From: Spirochaetia bacterium
Lineage (GTDB): Bacteria; Spirochaetota; Spirochaetia; SZUA-6; Bin103
DNA: 64,000 nucleotides
Direction of reading: 5' to 3'
NCBI GenBank assembly: GCA_965198005.1
Contig: CBDAOI010000002.1
Coordinates: forward strand, 256,001-320,000
Part shown: positions 23,101 through 34,348 of the stretch, in pieces
Layout: every line of letters begins with the position of its first letter
Numbering within the stretch: position 1 is the stretch's first letter
Translations under genes and position numbers: made by a program
Notes under the pieces: generated by a model
Told to the model about the DNA's origin: nothing
Databases searched by the model: none
The model's input: the letters and a program-made list of their open reading frames with translations, nothing else

Positions 23101-24501
23101 GATCTGCGCCTCGGGGCTCAGCGGCACGTGCACCGCCATCTGGTCGCCGTCGAAGTCCGCGTTGAAGGCATGGCACACCAGTGGATGCAGCTTGATCGCC
23201 TTGCCTTCCACCAGCACCGGCTCGAACGCCTGAATGCCGAGCCGGTGCAGGGTCGGCGCCCGGTTGAGCAGCACCGGATGCTCGGCGATCACTTCTTCGA
23301 GCACCGCCCACACCTCGGGAGTCTCCTCCTCCACCAGGGACTTGGCCTTCTTGATGTTGTAGACCACGTCCTTTTCCACCAGCTTCTTCATGATGAAGGG
23401 CTTGAACAGCTCCAGCGCCATCTTGGTCGGCAGCCCGCACTGGTGGAGCTTGAGGTCCGGACCGACCACGATCACCGAGCGGCCGGAGTAGTCCACCCGT
23501 TTGCCCAGCAGGTTCTGACGGAACCGGCCCTGCTTGCCCTTGAGCAAGTCGGACAGCGACTTCAGGGGACGGTTGGCCGCGCCCTTCACCACGCGCTTCT
23601 TCTTGGAGTTGTCGAACAGCGCGTCGACCGCTTCCTGCAGCATGCGCTTCTCGTTGCGGATGATGATGTCGGGGGCGTTCAGCGCCAGCAGCCGCTTGAG
23701 CCGGTTGTTGCGGTTGATCACGCGCCGATAGAGGTCGTTGAGGTCGGAGGTCGCGAACCGGCCGCCGTCGAGCTGCACCATCGGCCGCAGCTCCGGCGGG
23801 ATGACCGGGATCACGTCCAGGATCATCCAATCCGGCTTGTTGCGCGAGTCGCGGAAGTTCTCGACGATCTCGATCCGCTTCAACAGGCGCTTGTCGCTCT
23901 TGGGACCCTTGTCCACCATCCGCGCGCGCAACTCCGCGCTCAGCGTGTCCAGGTCCAGACTCTCCAGCAGCGTGCGAATTGCCTCGGCGCCGATGTCGCA
24001 GGTGAAGGTCATCCCGAACTGATCACGCTTCTCGATATATTGGTCCTCGCTGAGCAGATCCATCCGCTTGAGGTCGGTGTCGCCGGGGTCGACCACGATG
24101 TACTTCTCGTAGTAGAGGATCGAGCGCAACGCGGTGATCGACAGGTCCAGCAGCAACCCCATGCGCGACGGCACCGAGCGGTAGAACCAGATGTGAGACA
24201 CCGGCGCCGCCAACTCGACGTGGCCCATGCGTTCGCGGCGCACGCGGAAGTGCGTTACCTCCACCCCGCAGCGATCGCAGATCACGCCGCGGTAGCGGAT
24301 CGACTTGAACTTGCCGCAGTAGCACTCCCACTCCTTGGTGGTGCCGAAGATGCGCTCGCAGAACAGGCCGTCCTTCTCCGGCCGCAGGCTGCGGTAGTTG
24401 ATCGTCTCGGGCTTCTTGACCTCGCCGTAGGACCAGGCCCGAATTTCCTCCGGCGACGCCAGCTTGATGGTGATGCGCTCGAAATCCTGAAAATCCCTCA
24501 T
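20185..24501 (-). CDS. rpoC: RNA polymerase beta' subunit
   Basis: [45 protein letters not shown] before ATG 24501. Confidence 0.99.
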   Translation of the reverse strand: MRDFQDFERITIKLASPEEIRAWSYGEVKKPETINYRSLRPEKDGLFCERIFGTTKEWECYCGKFKSIRYRGVICDRCGVEVTHFRVRRERMGHVELAAPVSHIWFYRSVPSRMGLLLDLSITALRSILYYEKYIVVDPGDTDLKRMDLLSEDQYIEKRDQFGMTFTCDIGAEAIRTLLESLDLDTLSAELRARMVDKGPKSDKRLLKRIEIVENFRDSRNKPDWMILDVIPVIPPELRPMVQLDGGRFATSDLNDLYRRVINRNNRLKRLLALNAPDIIIRNEKRMLQEAVDALFDNSKKKRVVKGAANRPLKSLSDLLKGKQGRFRQNLLGKRVDYSGRSVIVVGPDLKLHQCGLPTKMALELFKPFIMKKLVEKDVVYNIKKAKSLVEEETPEVWAVLEEVIAEHPVLLNRAPTLHRLGIQAFEPVLVEGKAIKLHPLVCHAFNADFDGDQMAVHVPLSPEAQIECWTLMLSSQNLLNPANGSPIVVPTQDMVLGINYLTLVKPGAKGEGRYFSGPNEVLMAIDARSVDYNARIHVRLNGGNGNTETTPGRVILNDELPDALDYINEPLNEKGLRDLIAQCYQEHGPQVTVEMLDSIKELGFRFATRFGATIGMDDIIVPDAKGQMISAANEKVEQIHNQYLQGHITNEERYNRVIEVWSTTNDDLTDELMKELEADKHGFNPVHMMANSGARGSRSQIRQLAGMRGLMAKPSGDIIELPIRSSFKEGLDVTEFFISTNGARKGLADTALKTADAGYLTRRLVDIAQDVVVNEIDCGTINGIDHSAIKDGEEVVEALRERIAGRFTLERVRHPITGEILVDVNEDVSDEVAELIERIGVETVRIRTVLTCESKRGVCQKCYGRNLANNRPVEIGEAVGIIAAQSIGHPGTQLTMRTFHIGGAATQVSEENRIYLRYPVYVREIHGTTVTRDNGNLLFSRKGYLVVNKVIQRIPRRPGDRVAVTDGQQVLKDVPIIDRDGAPIPAQDVGFIFFHGDEVLIIAQPKRVDVRNGSELLVQTGQVVPADETIAYFDPFAEPIIAEVAGRVQFEDIVLGTTLNEEINEDTGKIEKKITEFPLESLQPRLSVIGDEGDELATYYLPGQAYLNVDDGEEVTAGRVVAKLLKESIKTRDITGGLPRVGELFEARRPKSPAVLAKIGGIVKFKGISKSKRVIGVIDPFDKEYKHAVPMGKHLLVRDGDTVEAGELLCDGNIDPHDILQILGENELQSYLVNEVQEVYRLQGVKINDKHIGVIIRQMMKKIEIVGVGDTSFIYGEQVDRHRFQEENRKVIREGGQPAVAQPLLLGITRASLNIDSFISAASFQETTRVLTNSSIAGSSDRLSGLKENVIIGHLIPAGTGMRQYRDVKLFDENMENLDVKIQHILEQRRQEELAREAQEQEYDEAFDEAELVEPAAVAPAAVAPAPAAEAPPEEVS

Positions 24502-24521
24502 GTTCCCTCCCTGGGAGCTCA

Positions 24522-27500
24522 TTAGAAGCGGCTTCCCTGACGGCTGATCAGTTCCTCGTCGCGCTCGGTAAGCGGGATCAGCTTGCCCTGCGAATCGTAG
24601 ATCGAGATGTCGAGCGTCAGTCCGCGCAGCTCCTGCACCAGCACGTTGAACGATTCGGGGATGCCGGAGCGCTGGAACGGCTCGCCCTTGACGATGCTTT
24701 CGTAGATCTTGGCGCGTCCGATCATGTCGTCGGACTTGACCGTGAGCAGCTCCTGGAGGGTATTGGCCGCGCCGTACGCTTCCAGTGCCCACACCTCCAT
24801 TTCGCCCAGCCGCTGCCCGCCGAACTGAGCCTTGCCGCCGAGCGGCTGCTGCGTAACCAGCGAGTAGGGACCGGTGGAGCGGGAGTGCATCTTGTCGTCC
24901 ACCAGGTGGTGGAGCTTCATCATGTAGATCACCCCCACGGTAACCGGATTCTCGAACGGCTCGCCGGTCATACCGTCGTAGAGCGTGATCTTGGAGGTCT
25001 CCGGCAGTCCCGCTGCCCTGAGCTTGTCGGCAATCATCTTGTTGGTGGCCGACTGAAACACCGGAGTGGCGTACCACTCGTGCAGTTCCCTGGCCGCCCA
25101 GCCCAGCTCGCTCTCCATGATCTGTCCCAGGTTCATGCGCGACGGCACGCCGAGCGGGTTGAGCACGATGTCGACCGGAGTGCCGTCGGCCATGAACGGC
25201 ATGTCCTCTTCCGGCAGGATGCGGGCGATCACGCCCTTGTTGCCGTGGCGCCCGGCCATCTTGTCGCCCTCCTGCAGCTTGCGCTTGGTCGCGACCAGGA
25301 CCTTCACCACCTCCTCGACACCGGGGTTGAGCTCGTCGCCGTCGGCTCGGCGCAGCCGCTGCACGTCGATCACCGTGCCGTCGACGCCGTGCGGAACCCG
25401 CAACGAGGTGTCCCGCACCTCCTTGGCCTTTTCGCCGAAGATGGAGTTGAGCAGCTTGAACTCGGGCGTGGAGTCGGTCTCGCTCTTGGGAGTGACCTTG
25501 CCTACCAGGATCGCCGAGTCGGGCACCTGCGCCCCAATCCGCACGATCCCCTCTTCATCGAGCTGCTCGAACGCCTGCTCGCTGGTGTTGGGGATGTCGC
25601 GGGTGATCTTTTCCGGCCCCAGCTTGGTTTCCCGGACATCGATCGAGAACTCCTTGATGTGAATCGAGGAGAACACATCCTCCTTCACCACCGTGGAGGA
25701 GACCAGAATGGCGTCCTCGTAGTTGTAGCCGTTCCAGGGCATGAACGCGACCACGATGTTGCGGCCGAGCGCCAACTCGCCGCGGTAGGTGGCAGGCCCA
25801 TCGGCGAGCACGCTGCCCGCCGCCACTCCCTGCCCGACCTGGACGATCGGCTTCTGCGAGAAGCAGGTGTCCTGGTTGGTGCGCTGGTACTTGATCAGGT
25901 CGTAGATGTCCAGGCCGTCTTCGAACCGGGCGATGCCGCTGTGGTCGGTGGTGCCGCTGCCGTTGGTGTCCGGCTTGACGCGCACCTGCTCACTGGTTAC
26001 GTGCACCACGGTGCCGGCGCGTTCGGCGAGCACCATCACGCCGGAGTCGTAGGCGGTCTTGCCTTCCATGCCGGTGCCGACCCGCGGCGGCTCCGGCCGA
26101 ATCAGCGGTACCGCCTGGCGCTGCATGTTGGAACCCATCAGGGCGCGGTTGGCGTCGTCGTGCTCCAGAAACGGGATCAAGGAGGCCGAGACCGAGATGA
26201 TCTGACGCGGCGACACGTCCATGTACTGGATCGAATCCGCGGCGGCGGTGATGTAGTCGCCGCCTTTGCGCACGGCGATCAGGTTGTCGACGAACCCGCC
26301 CGTGTCGTCGATTGCGGCGCCCGCCTGGGCGATGAAGAATTTTTCTTCCTCTATTGCGGAAAGATATTCGATGCGGGGGGTCACCTTGCCGTTTTCGACC
26401 CGGCGGTAGGGAGTCTCCAGAAAGCCGTAGTCGTTCACGGTGGTGTAATTCGCAAGCGACACGATCAGTCCGATGTTGGGTCCCTCCGGGGTCTCGATCG
26501 GACACATGCGGCCGTAATGGGTGTAGTGGACGTCACGCACCTCGAACCCGGCGCGGTCGCGCGACAGACCACCGGGGCCGAGCGCGTTGAGGCGCCGCTT
26601 GTGGGTGAGCTCCGCGAGCGGATTCACCTGATCCATGAACTGCGAGAGCTGGCTGGAACCGAAGAACTCCTTGATCGTCGCCACGATCGGTTTGATCGAG
26701 ATCAGGTCCTGCGGGCGGATGGTATCCGCCTCCTTGAGCGACATCCGTTCCTTGGCGATCCGCTCCATGCGGGTGAACGCCACCTTCAGGTGATTGGTGA
26801 GCAGCTCGCCGACCGAGCGTACGCGGCGGTTGCCGAGGTGATCGATGTCATCGACGTTGCCTTCGCCGATGTAGACCCGTACCAGGAAGGCGATCGTGGC
26901 CACGATGTCGTCCGGCGCCAGCGTGTGGCTCGTCTTGGGCTTGGCGTAGTCGAACTTCTTGTTGAGCTTGTAGCGCCCGACCCGCCCCAGGTCGTAGCGG
27001 CGGGCGGAGAAGAACATGCTGTGCAGATCCTTCTCCGCGCCGTCGACGGTGATCGGCTCGCCCGGCTTGATTACCGTGTACACCTGCGAGATCGCCTCTT
27101 CGCGGGACGGCTCGTCGCGTTCGCCGGGTCCCTTGATCAGTCCGACCTCCTCTCGTTCGAAGCAGTTGAAGATGATCGGCGAGTGCAGCGACTCGGGGTG
27201 GTCGAAGTCGACGATCTGCACCTCGTCGATGCCCAGGTGCAGCAGTTCCTCGACGTCGTGCGGATGAATCTTCTCTCCGGCGCGGTACAGCTTCTTGCGG
27301 TCCGGCCCCTCCTCCCGGCGATATACCGCCCGCGCCAGCACCGTGCCGATCAGGTTCTCCTTGGCTTCCGCCGTATCTTCGATCTTCACCGAGCGCGTGC
27401 GGTGGAACAGCGGGATGATCTCCTCGCGACTGTCGAACCCCAACGCCCGCAGGAAGATGGTGACCAGCAACCGTTTCTTGCGGTCGATCTTGGCGTGCAG

Positions 27501-28172
27501 CAGCTCGTTCTTCTGATCGATCTCGAATTCCAGCCAGGAACCGCGATACGGAATGATGCGCGAGGTGTAGGCACCCTTCTCGTACGAGAAGATTACGCCG
27601 GGCGAACGATGAATCTGACTGACCACCACCCGCTCGGCACCGTTGATGATGAACGTGCCACGTCCGGTCATCAGGGGGATGTCGCCCATGTAGATCTCTT
27701 TCTGACGGATCTCGCCGGTGTTGAGAAACACCAGGTTGATGCGCGCCTTGATCGGTATCACGAACGACAGGCCCTTGTTCTTGCACTGCTGCTCGGTGAG
27801 CTTGATGCCTTCCTCGTCGAGGCCGTAACCGACGTACTCCAACACCATGTCGGCGTTCGGACTCTCGATCGGGAACACGTCCTGAAACACTTCCTCGAGT
27901 CCGCGCGGCTCCGGGGCCGCGCCCGCCGCGAGCTGCTTGCGCTGGAGGAACCGCTCATACGACGAGAGCTGGATATCCACCAGATTGGGCATGGCGATCA
28001 CTTCTTCACGCCCGCGGCCGAGGAACGTGCGGGCGATGTCCACGTCGGACGTGGCCGGCGCGGTGCCGGTGCCGTTGCGCGGAGTACGGGTCCGAAAGAG
28101 CTGACCATCGGGCCCTGCCTGCGCATCGCTGTCCATGGTATTGCCTGTCACGGAGTGACCGTGCTGACTCAT
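24522..28172 (-). CDS. rpoB: RNA polymerase beta subunit
   Basis: [44 protein letters not shown]; start may be downstream (28136). Confidence 0.99.
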   Translation of the reverse strand: MSQHGHSVTGNTMDSDAQAGPDGQLFRTRTPRNGTGTAPATSDVDIARTFLGRGREEVIAMPNLVDIQLSSYERFLQRKQLAAGAAPEPRGLEEVFQDVFPIESPNADMVLEYVGYGLDEEGIKLTEQQCKNKGLSFVIPIKARINLVFLNTGEIRQKEIYMGDIPLMTGRGTFIINGAERVVVSQIHRSPGVIFSYEKGAYTSRIIPYRGSWLEFEIDQKNELLHAKIDRKKRLLVTIFLRALGFDSREEIIPLFHRTRSVKIEDTAEAKENLIGTVLARAVYRREEGPDRKKLYRAGEKIHPHDVEELLHLGIDEVQIVDFDHPESLHSPIIFNCFEREEVGLIKGPGERDEPSREEAISQVYTVIKPGEPITVDGAEKDLHSMFFSARRYDLGRVGRYKLNKKFDYAKPKTSHTLAPDDIVATIAFLVRVYIGEGNVDDIDHLGNRRVRSVGELLTNHLKVAFTRMERIAKERMSLKEADTIRPQDLISIKPIVATIKEFFGSSQLSQFMDQVNPLAELTHKRRLNALGPGGLSRDRAGFEVRDVHYTHYGRMCPIETPEGPNIGLIVSLANYTTVNDYGFLETPYRRVENGKVTPRIEYLSAIEEEKFFIAQAGAAIDDTGGFVDNLIAVRKGGDYITAAADSIQYMDVSPRQIISVSASLIPFLEHDDANRALMGSNMQRQAVPLIRPEPPRVGTGMEGKTAYDSGVMVLAERAGTVVHVTSEQVRVKPDTNGSGTTDHSGIARFEDGLDIYDLIKYQRTNQDTCFSQKPIVQVGQGVAAGSVLADGPATYRGELALGRNIVVAFMPWNGYNYEDAILVSSTVVKEDVFSSIHIKEFSIDVRETKLGPEKITRDIPNTSEQAFEQLDEEGIVRIGAQVPDSAILVGKVTPKSETDSTPEFKLLNSIFGEKAKEVRDTSLRVPHGVDGTVIDVQRLRRADGDELNPGVEEVVKVLVATKRKLQEGDKMAGRHGNKGVIARILPEEDMPFMADGTPVDIVLNPLGVPSRMNLGQIMESELGWAARELHEWYATPVFQSATNKMIADKLRAAGLPETSKITLYDGMTGEPFENPVTVGVIYMMKLHHLVDDKMHSRSTGPYSLVTQQPLGGKAQFGGQRLGEMEVWALEAYGAANTLQELLTVKSDDMIGRAKIYESIVKGEPFQRSGIPESFNVLVQELRGLTLDISIYDSQGKLIPLTERDEELISRQGSRF

Positions 28173-28317
28173 CTCTTATGACTCCTAAGCGGGAAGTAGG
28201 CCCGGCTCACGCCGCGGCAACGCGGCCACGCGGCCGGGTGAGAACGGATTCTGCTCGGATGCGCGCGCGTAGCGCGCGCTGTGACGATAAAAGCGAAGAC
28301 AGCGAATCGTCGATCGC

Positions 28318-28707
28318 CTATTGCACCTCGACGGTGCCGCCGGCGGTCTCCAACTGCTCCTTCAGCTTCTGCGCTTCCTCTTTGGATACCGCCTCTTTCA
28401 CCGGCCGGTCCTGGTTCTCCACCAGATCCTTGGCCTCCTTGAGACCCAGCCCGGTAATCGCGCGCACCTCCTTGATGATCGGGATCTTCTTGCCGGCATC
28501 GAATCCCTTGAGCAGCACCGTGAACTCGGTCTGCTCTTCCTCCTCCTCGGCGGCCTCGGCGACCGCCACCGGCGCGCCGGCGACCGCCACCGGCGCCGCC
28601 GCGCTTACCCCGAACTTGCTCTCGAACGCCTTTACCAGCTCCGAGACCTCGAGCACGCTCATCTCCGCGATCGCGTCGATGATCTGTTCTGACGAAATTA
28701 CCGCCAT
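28318..28707 (-). CDS. rplL: 50S ribosomal protein L7/L12
   Basis: [37 protein letters not shown]. Confidence 0.98.
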   Translation of the reverse strand: MAVISSEQIIDAIAEMSVLEVSELVKAFESKFGVSAAAPVAVAGAPVAVAEAAEEEEEQTEFTVLLKGFDAGKKIPIIKEVRAITGLGLKEAKDLVENQDRPVKEAVSKEEAQKLKEQLETAGGTVEVQ

Positions 28708-28748
28708 TCTTCCTCCTATTCCTACTGGATTATGCACAACCTGTCGAG

Positions 28749-29351
28749 CTATCCGTTGTCCGTTGGCGTGTCCGACGCGGCCGCGCCGGACGGTTCGGCC
28801 TTCCGCTCCGCCACCGCCTGCAGCACGCGCGCCACCTGTGCCACCGACGCCTGCAGCACCGAAACGAAGTTGCGTATCGGCGCATTCATCGCACCCATGA
28901 GCGTTGCCAGCAACTGCTCGCGCCCCGGCAGCCGCGACAGCGCGGTTACCTCGCCCGGGCCGATCGCCCTGCCTTCGACATAGCCGCCCTTGACCTCGAG
29001 CGACGTGGTGCGGCCGAAGTCCAGCAACGCCTTGGACACCGCGCTGAGGTCGCCGCCGCCGGGCACCAGCGCCAGCGCGGTCGGCCCGGTCAGGAACGGC
29101 TCGGTGCCGGCGTAACCAAGATCCTGCAGCGCGATCCTGGTGTAGCGATTCTGCACCACGGTGAACCGCGTGCCCCGGTCCCTGAGCCTGCCCCGCAACT
29201 CGGTGATCTGACTCACGGTCAAGCCCCGGTAATCGGAGAAGTAGAGGTTCGGGCACTCCTCCACCGCTTCCCTGATCGCCGCCACGGCATCGACCTTGTA
29301 CTGCTGCGGCTCGCCGGCTCCCGCAACGGCGCCATGGCTCGCGCTACGCAT
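28749..29351 (-). CDS. rplJ: 50S ribosomal protein L10
   Basis: [32 protein letters not shown]; start overlaps the rplA stop. Confidence 0.95.
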   Translation of the reverse strand: MRSASHGAVAGAGEPQQYKVDAVAAIREAVEECPNLYFSDYRGLTVSQITELRGRLRDRGTRFTVVQNRYTRIALQDLGYAGTEPFLTGPTALALVPGGGDLSAVSKALLDFGRTTSLEVKGGYVEGRAIGPGEVTALSRLPGREQLLATLMGAMNAPIRNFVSVLQASVAQVARVLQAVAERKAEPSGAAASDTPTDNG

Positions 29352-30015
29352 GGTCGACGCGGACCCCGGGGCCCATGGTGGAACTGAGCGCCACCGACAC
29401 GACGAAGTCGCCCTTGAGATCGGCGGGGCGGCGCTTGCCCACCTCGCCCAGCAGAGCCTGCACGTTCTCGACCACCGGGCCCGGCTCCATCGACGCCTTG
29501 CCCACGGCCATGTGCACGACCCCGGTCTTGTCCGCCCGGAACTCGACCCGTCCCCGCCGCAGTTCCGCGATGGTGGCGGTCAGGTCGTTGGTCACGGTCC
29601 GGGTCTTGGGGTTGGGCATCAGGCCGCGACGCCCAAGCACGGGCCCGAGCTTGCCGACGTGGCGCATCATGTCCGGAGTCGCGACCGCGACCTCGAAATC
29701 GACCCAGCCGCCGCGTATCTTCTCCACCAGCTCTTCCGCGCCGACGTACGCGGCACCGGCGGCTCTGGCTTCCTCCGCCTTGTCCCCGCGGGCGAATACC
29801 AGGATCCGCTGCTCGGCCTGAAAGCCGTGCGGCAGCACGGTGGTGGCGCGTACCGTCTGGTTGCCCTTGAGCCTGACCTTGACGTGGCACTCGACGGTCT
29901 CGTCGAACTTGGCGGAGGCGGCCCGTTTGACCACTTCGACCGCTTCCGTGAGCGGATAGGCACGCCCGGCCACACGCTGCTCGACGGCCGCCCGGTACCG
30001 TTTACTGCGCGACAT
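29344..30015 (-). CDS. rplA: 50S ribosomal protein L1
   Basis: [32 protein letters not shown]. Confidence 0.97.
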   Translation of the reverse strand: MSRSKRYRAAVEQRVAGRAYPLTEAVEVVKRAASAKFDETVECHVKVRLKGNQTVRATTVLPHGFQAEQRILVFARGDKAEEARAAGAAYVGAEELVEKIRGGWVDFEVAVATPDMMRHVGKLGPVLGRRGLMPNPKTRTVTNDLTATIAELRRGRVEFRADKTGVVHMAVGKASMEPGPVVENVQALLGEVGKRRPADLKGDFVVSVALSSTMGPGVRVDHA

Positions 30016-30460
30016 ACCCCTCTCCCTCGATTCCCTCGATCGTAACGCCCATGCTGCGCGCGGTTCCGGCAATCACCTTGGACGCGGCCGCCAAGTCATT
30101 GGCGTTCAGATCGGGCAGCTTGCGAGTCGCAATCTCCTCCAGGGCAGCGCGGCTGATGCTGCCCACCTTGTCGCGGTTGGACTCCGCCGAGCCCTTTTCC
30201 AACCCGATCGCCTTCTTGATCAACACCGCCGCCGGCGGTGTCCTGGTTTCGAAGCTGAACGTGCGGTCGGCGTATACGGTGACCACCACCGGTATCGTCA
30301 AGCCCGCTTCCTCGTTTTTGGTGCGGTCGTTGAATTGCTGCACGAACTGCGGCGCACTGACGCCGTGCGGCCCCAGGGCGGGACCCACCGGCGGCGCCGG
30401 AGTGGCCTGTCCGGCCGGAACCTGCAGCTTGATCACCGCACTGACACGTTTCTTTGCCAT
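30002..30460 (-). CDS. rplK: 50S ribosomal protein L11
   Basis: [24 protein letters not shown]. Confidence 0.98.
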   Translation of the reverse strand: MAKKRVSAVIKLQVPAGQATPAPPVGPALGPHGVSAPQFVQQFNDRTKNEEAGLTIPVVVTVYADRTFSFETRTPPAAVLIKKAIGLEKGSAESNRDKVGSISRAALEEIATRKLPDLNANDLAAASKVIAGTARSMGVTIEGIEGEGYVAQ

Positions 30461-30473
30461 TGCCTGCCCCCTG

Positions 30474-31028
30474 CTACACCTTCTCCACCTGGAGAAAGTC
30501 CAGCTCCACCGGCGTCGAACGGCCGAAGATACCCACCGAGACGCGCAACTTGCCTTTCTCCAGATTCACCTCGTCCACCGTCCCGGTGAACGAATCGAAC
30601 GGGCCGTCCACAATCCGCACCGACTCGCCGAGCGCGAAGTTCTGGCGCGGCCGCATCATCTTGTCGGTCTTGATCGCGCCCGACTTTTGCAGAATGGCAC
30701 GGACCTCGTCCCCCGATATGGGATACGGCCTGCGCCCGCTCTGCGCACCCACGAACGCGGTCACCCCCTGGATCCGGCGGACCGAGGCAGTCAGCTCCTT
30801 CCACCGGGAGTCGCCCAGGTCCATCTCCAACAGGATGTAGCCGGGCAGGAACTTCTTCGAGGTGACCCGCTTCTTGCCGTCCTTGACCTCCACGACCTCT
30901 TCCTGCGGCACCTTGACGTCGAACAACTGGTCCTTGAACTCCTGGCTTTCCATGAGACGCGTCAGGTGCTTCTGCACCTTGTTCTCGTAACCGGAGTAGG
31001 TATGTACCACGTACCAACCCTTCGCCAT
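30474..31028 (-). CDS. nusG: Transcription termination/antitermination factor NusG
   Basis: [37 protein letters not shown]. Confidence 0.98.
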   Translation of the reverse strand: MAKGWYVVHTYSGYENKVQKHLTRLMESQEFKDQLFDVKVPQEEVVEVKDGKKRVTSKKFLPGYILLEMDLGDSRWKELTASVRRIQGVTAFVGAQSGRRPYPISGDEVRAILQKSGAIKTDKMMRPRQNFALGESVRIVDGPFDSFTGTVDEVNLEKGKLRVSVGIFGRSTPVELDFLQVEKV

Positions 31029-31050
31029 CGTCAGTCCCTGTCGGCAGTCC

Positions 31051-31230
31051 CTAGAAGATGAAGTCGATCGCCTGAAAAAAGACGAAGTCCACCAGGCCCA
31101 GCGCCACCGCGATCAGCGCGACCGAGATCAGGACGATCCGGGTCGAGTTGCCGACTTCCTCGCGACTCGGCCACGACACCTTGCGCAACTCGGCATAGCT
31201 CTCGCGAAAGAACTGGAAGACACGTCTCAC
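31051..31230 (-). CDS. secE: Preprotein translocase subunit SecE
   Basis: Manual translation MRRVFQFFRESYAELRKVSWPSREEV followed by one TM helix; between tRNA-Trp and nusG. Confidence 0.95.
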   Translation of the reverse strand: MRRVFQFFRESYAELRKVSWPSREEVGNSTRIVLISVALIAVALGLVDFVFFQAIDFIF

Positions 31231-31269
31231 CAGTCGTACCTACTCGCCGGGCGCCGCCGGAAACCGGTC

Positions 31270-31343
31270 CAGGCCAGGCAGGATTCGAACCTGCAACATC
31301 CGGTTTTGGAGACCGGCGCTCTGCCGATTGGAGCTACTGGCCT
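31270..31343 (-). tRNA. tRNA-Trp (CCA)
   Basis: AGGCCAGTAGCTCCAATCGGCAGAGCGCCGGTCTCCAAAACCGGATGTTGCAGGTTCGAATCCTGCCTGGCCTG; 3' CCA not encoded. Confidence 0.97.
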
Positions 31344-31479
31344 CGGCTGTTTCATTCATCCGTACTCGGTCACTCTCCGCACCCCACAGGCGCACCGAAC
31401 CGCCGCCGCGCGTCGATCCGGTTACGCCGGCCTGGCGCCGGCACGCGCCGCCGGCGGGGCCCGCGGCTCGCCGGTGCGG

Positions 31480-31671
31480 CTATTTGACCTTCGTCTCCCG
31501 ATGTTTGGTATGGGTACGACAACGCGGGCAATACTTCTTCAATTGCAGCTTGCCCTGCTTCGTACGGCGGTTCTTCGAGGTGGTGTAGTTGCGCACGTGT
31601 ACCCCACCCGGCCCCTCGGAGCACGGTTCGCACTCCAGGGCCACCAGCTCAGCGACCTTGGCCTTGGCCAT
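31480..31671 (-). CDS. rpmG: 50S ribosomal protein L33
   Basis: LECEPC...[10 protein letters not shown]...[18 protein letters not shown]. Confidence 0.96.
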   Translation of the reverse strand: MAKAKVAELVALECEPCSEGPGGVHVRNYTTSKNRRTKQGKLQLKKYCPRCRTHTKHRETKVK

Positions 31672-31687
31672 CTACGGAGATCTCCAT

Positions 31688-31720
31688 TCTCACTCGGATG
31701 TGACTCGGATCTGACTCGGA
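31688..31720 (-). repeat. Three 11-bp direct repeats (TCCGAGT[C/G]A[G/C]A) in the rpmG leader
   Basis: actcgga at 31692, 31703 and 31714. Confidence 0.85.
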
Positions 31721-31726
31721 ACCGGT

Positions 31727-31755
31727 AGTATAGCCACGTTCGACGAACGTGGCAA
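31727..31755 (-). promoter_or_regulatory. rpmG-secE-nusG promoter with a perfect palindrome
   Basis: TTGCCA-N17-TATACT; GCCACGTTCG-N-CGAACGTGGC at 31733-31753. Confidence 0.75.
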
Positions 31756-31827
31756 GCCCCCGACCGGATTTGAACCGGTGACCCCCACCTTACCATGGTG
31801 GTGCTCTACCAGCTGAGCTACAGAGGC
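31755..31827 (-). tRNA. tRNA-Thr (GGT)
   Basis: GCCTCTGTAGCTCAGCTGGTAGAGCACCACCATGGTAAGGTGGGGGTCACCGGTTCAAATCCGGTCGGGGGCT. Confidence 0.97.
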
Positions 31828-31857
31828 CTGGGCCGCCGACGGTGCGGCCTGCCCGGC

Positions 31858-31886
31858 AAGCTAACCACGCGCGCGCCGATTGTCAA
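31858..31886 (-). promoter_or_regulatory. Sigma70-type promoter of tRNA-Thr
   Basis: TTGACA-N17-TAGCTT; the -35 element overlaps the stop codon of the upstream gene. Confidence 0.7.
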
Positions 31887-34348
31887 TCGGAGACGGCCCG
31901 CCGGCGCAGCTGGTCGCGGCCGATGCGCGCAGTTTCCAGGTCCGGGTCCAGAGCCAGCGCCTGCTCGAAGCTGCGGAGCGCTTCCTCGGCGTGCCCGAGG
32001 TAGTACCGGGTCGCGCCCAGGTTGGAGTGGGTCTGCGCGCTGTGGGGATTGATCTCGACCAGAGTCCGGTACAGTTCCAGCGCCTCCGCATACCTCTGTT
32101 CGGCGAAGCGCAGCATGGCAAGGTGGTCGATCGCCGCGGTATCGCCCGGATCGAGCTCGACGGCGCGCGCGAAGTGGTCCGCCGCCTCCACCCGCCCCAA
32201 CTGCTGCGCGGCCCGGCCCATGAGACGATGCAGCGCCCCCGCGATCGGCAGGTCGGGCTGCAGGGAGACCGCCTGCGCGAGCGCCGCCAGCGCCTGTTCG
32301 TAGCGCTCCTGGCGGAACAGCGCATCGCCCATGCCGGCGTAGGCCAGCGCGTATCCGGCGTCCACCTCCAGGACCGCACGGTACGCCGCCAGCGCCTCGT
32401 CGTAGCGCCCCTGCGTGCGGAGCGCCTCGGCCACGTTCTGCAGCGTGGCCGGATCGCGCGGTTGCAGCGCGCGGGCGCGGGCCAGCAACGCGTCGGCCTC
32501 GGACGGCCGCTGCTGCGCGGCGCGCAGATTGGCCAGGTCCAGCAGCGGCGTGGCATCGGCCGGGTCGATCTCCATGGCGCGCCGGAAGTGTTCCTCCGCC
32601 GCGTCCAGCCGGCCCAGCTCGCGTGCCGCCCGCCCCATGAGAGTCTCCATCCGGCCGGCCATCGGCAGGCCGGGCTGCAGGGCCAGCGCCTGCGCCAGCG
32701 CGTCCAGCGCTTGGTCGTAGCGCTCCAGGTGGAACAGCGCATCGCCCATCCCGGCGTAGGCCAGCGCGTACCCCCGGTCGCGCTCCAGGACCGCGCGGTA
32801 GGCTTCGACCGCGGCCGCGTGCCGCCCCTGTTTCCTGAGCAGCTCGCCCGTGTTCTGCAGGGCGCTCCGGTGGCGCGGGTCGAGCTCCAGGGCACGGCGC
32901 AAGGACGCCCCGGCCGCGGTGAACCGCTCCAGATTCATCTGCGCGAGACCGAGGTTCGAGTGGGCGTCGGCGGAATCGGGCCGCTGCTCCACCGCGATCC
33001 GGCTGGCGGCGAGCCCCTCCTCGAACCGGTCCGCTTCGATCAGCGCGTTGCCGAGGTTGAGATGCGCGTCGCGCGCCGCCGGATTGTGCGCCACCACGTG
33101 GCTGAAAAAGGTCGCCTCGTCCCGGTAGATCCCCGCCTGCCGCCAGGTCAGCCCGCCCAGCACCAGCACCACCACCGCCGCCATCCCCCACGCCCCCATC
33201 CGCACCCCGCGCGGCAGCCGGCCCGCAGCGTACGCCGCGGCCCCGATCACCACCGCCAGCATCCCGATCCCCGCCAGATACTGAAACCGGTCCGCCACCA
33301 GCGAAAACTGCATGTACCCGTAGTCCACGAACCCCAGCACCGGCCCCAGCGTCACCGCATACCACAGCGCTCCCGCCAGCGGCCCCCGCCCCAGCCGCCG
33401 CCGCCCCAGCCACAGCCCCGCCGCCAGCACCGCCGCCGCCGCCGGGTACCCCCAGGCCAGCAGCTCGCCGGCGTCGATCTCCCACAACGGATAGATCACC
33501 GCCAGCTCCGCCGGCCATACCAGCTTGCCGGCGTAGAACCACAGCGCCCGCCCCGCGATCAGCGCCCGCTCCACCACCGTGTACCCCAGCTCCAGCGGCT
33601 CCCTCCCCGCGTAGTACGCCAGGTCCGCCGCCGTTATCGCCGCCCCGATCACCGCCAGCGGCGCCACCCGCAGCAGATCGGTCCGCGTCACCCGCCCCGC
33701 CCGCCACCACTGCCAGATCAGCAGCGCCGCCGGCAGCGTCACCACCACCGACTTGCTCAACAGCCCCGCCGTGAACAGCACCACCACCAGCGCGTAGCCG
33801 CCCGCCCGCGGCGCCTCCGTGAACCGCACCCAGGCCAGCACCGCCCCCACGTACAACAGCCCCGACAGCACGTCCTTGCGCTCGATGATCCACGCCACCG
33901 ACTCCACGTGCAGCGGATGCACCGCGAACACCGCCGCGATCACCACCGCCCCCGGCACCGCCGCCCGCACCAGCAGCCGCCACAGCAGCAGGCTGTTCAG
34001 CAGGTGCAAAACGATGTTCACCGCGTGGTACCCGACCGGCGCCAGCCCCCACAGCTTGTGCTCCAGCCAGAAACCGGTGTAGACCAGCGGCCAGTAGTGC
34101 CCTTCGTTCTTGATGTCGGCCGGTGCCAACCAGATGCTGCGCAGGCCGGACGGTGAGTGAATCACCGGCTCCTCGGCGAAGATCACGTCGTCCCACACGA
34201 ACCCGCCGGCCAGCGCCGGGAAGTAGCACACCGCCACCAGCAGCCCCAGCGCCAGCGCCGCCTGCCCGTCCCGCGGCCCGAACTCGCCCAGCCACGCCGC
34301 GCGGCGTGGGAGCGGCGGGGCCGCGGGCGACACGCGATCCACGGTCAC
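31883..34348 (-). CDS. TMTC-like membrane protein: GT-C-type TM domain plus C-terminal TPRs
   Basis: GGFVWDD, YWPL, GYHAVNIVLH, FAVHPLHVESVAWIIERKDVL, ADRFQYL, then many TPRs; GTG overlaps the rsmD stop. Confidence 0.85.
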   Translation of the reverse strand: MTVDRVSPAAPPLPRRAAWLGEFGPRDGQAALALGLLVAVCYFPALAGGFVWDDVIFAEEPVIHSPSGLRSIWLAPADIKNEGHYWPLVYTGFWLEHKLWGLAPVGYHAVNIVLHLLNSLLLWRLLVRAAVPGAVVIAAVFAVHPLHVESVAWIIERKDVLSGLLYVGAVLAWVRFTEAPRAGGYALVVVLFTAGLLSKSVVVTLPAALLIWQWWRAGRVTRTDLLRVAPLAVIGAAITAADLAYYAGREPLELGYTVVERALIAGRALWFYAGKLVWPAELAVIYPLWEIDAGELLAWGYPAAAAVLAAGLWLGRRRLGRGPLAGALWYAVTLGPVLGFVDYGYMQFSLVADRFQYLAGIGMLAVVIGAAAYAAGRLPRGVRMGAWGMAAVVVLVLGGLTWRQAGIYRDEATFFSHVVAHNPAARDAHLNLGNALIEADRFEEGLAASRIAVEQRPDSADAHSNLGLAQMNLERFTAAGASLRRALELDPRHRSALQNTGELLRKQGRHAAAVEAYRAVLERDRGYALAYAGMGDALFHLERYDQALDALAQALALQPGLPMAGRMETLMGRAARELGRLDAAEEHFRRAMEIDPADATPLLDLANLRAAQQRPSEADALLARARALQPRDPATLQNVAEALRTQGRYDEALAAYRAVLEVDAGYALAYAGMGDALFRQERYEQALAALAQAVSLQPDLPIAGALHRLMGRAAQQLGRVEAADHFARAVELDPGDTAAIDHLAMLRFAEQRYAEALELYRTLVEINPHSAQTHSNLGATRYYLGHAEEALRSFEQALALDPDLETARIGRDQLRRRAVSD

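Noticed and set aside
24502..25077. N-terminal extension of RpoC or an rpoB-rpoC fusion
   Set aside because: It is an alternative frame of the rpoB 3' end; rpoB has its own stop and rpoC has its own RBS and ATG at 24501.
28261..28279. GCGCGCGC-GTA-GCGCGCGC hairpin as an rplL terminator
   Set aside because: No U-tract follows on the transcribed strand, and it is a low-complexity GC repeat.
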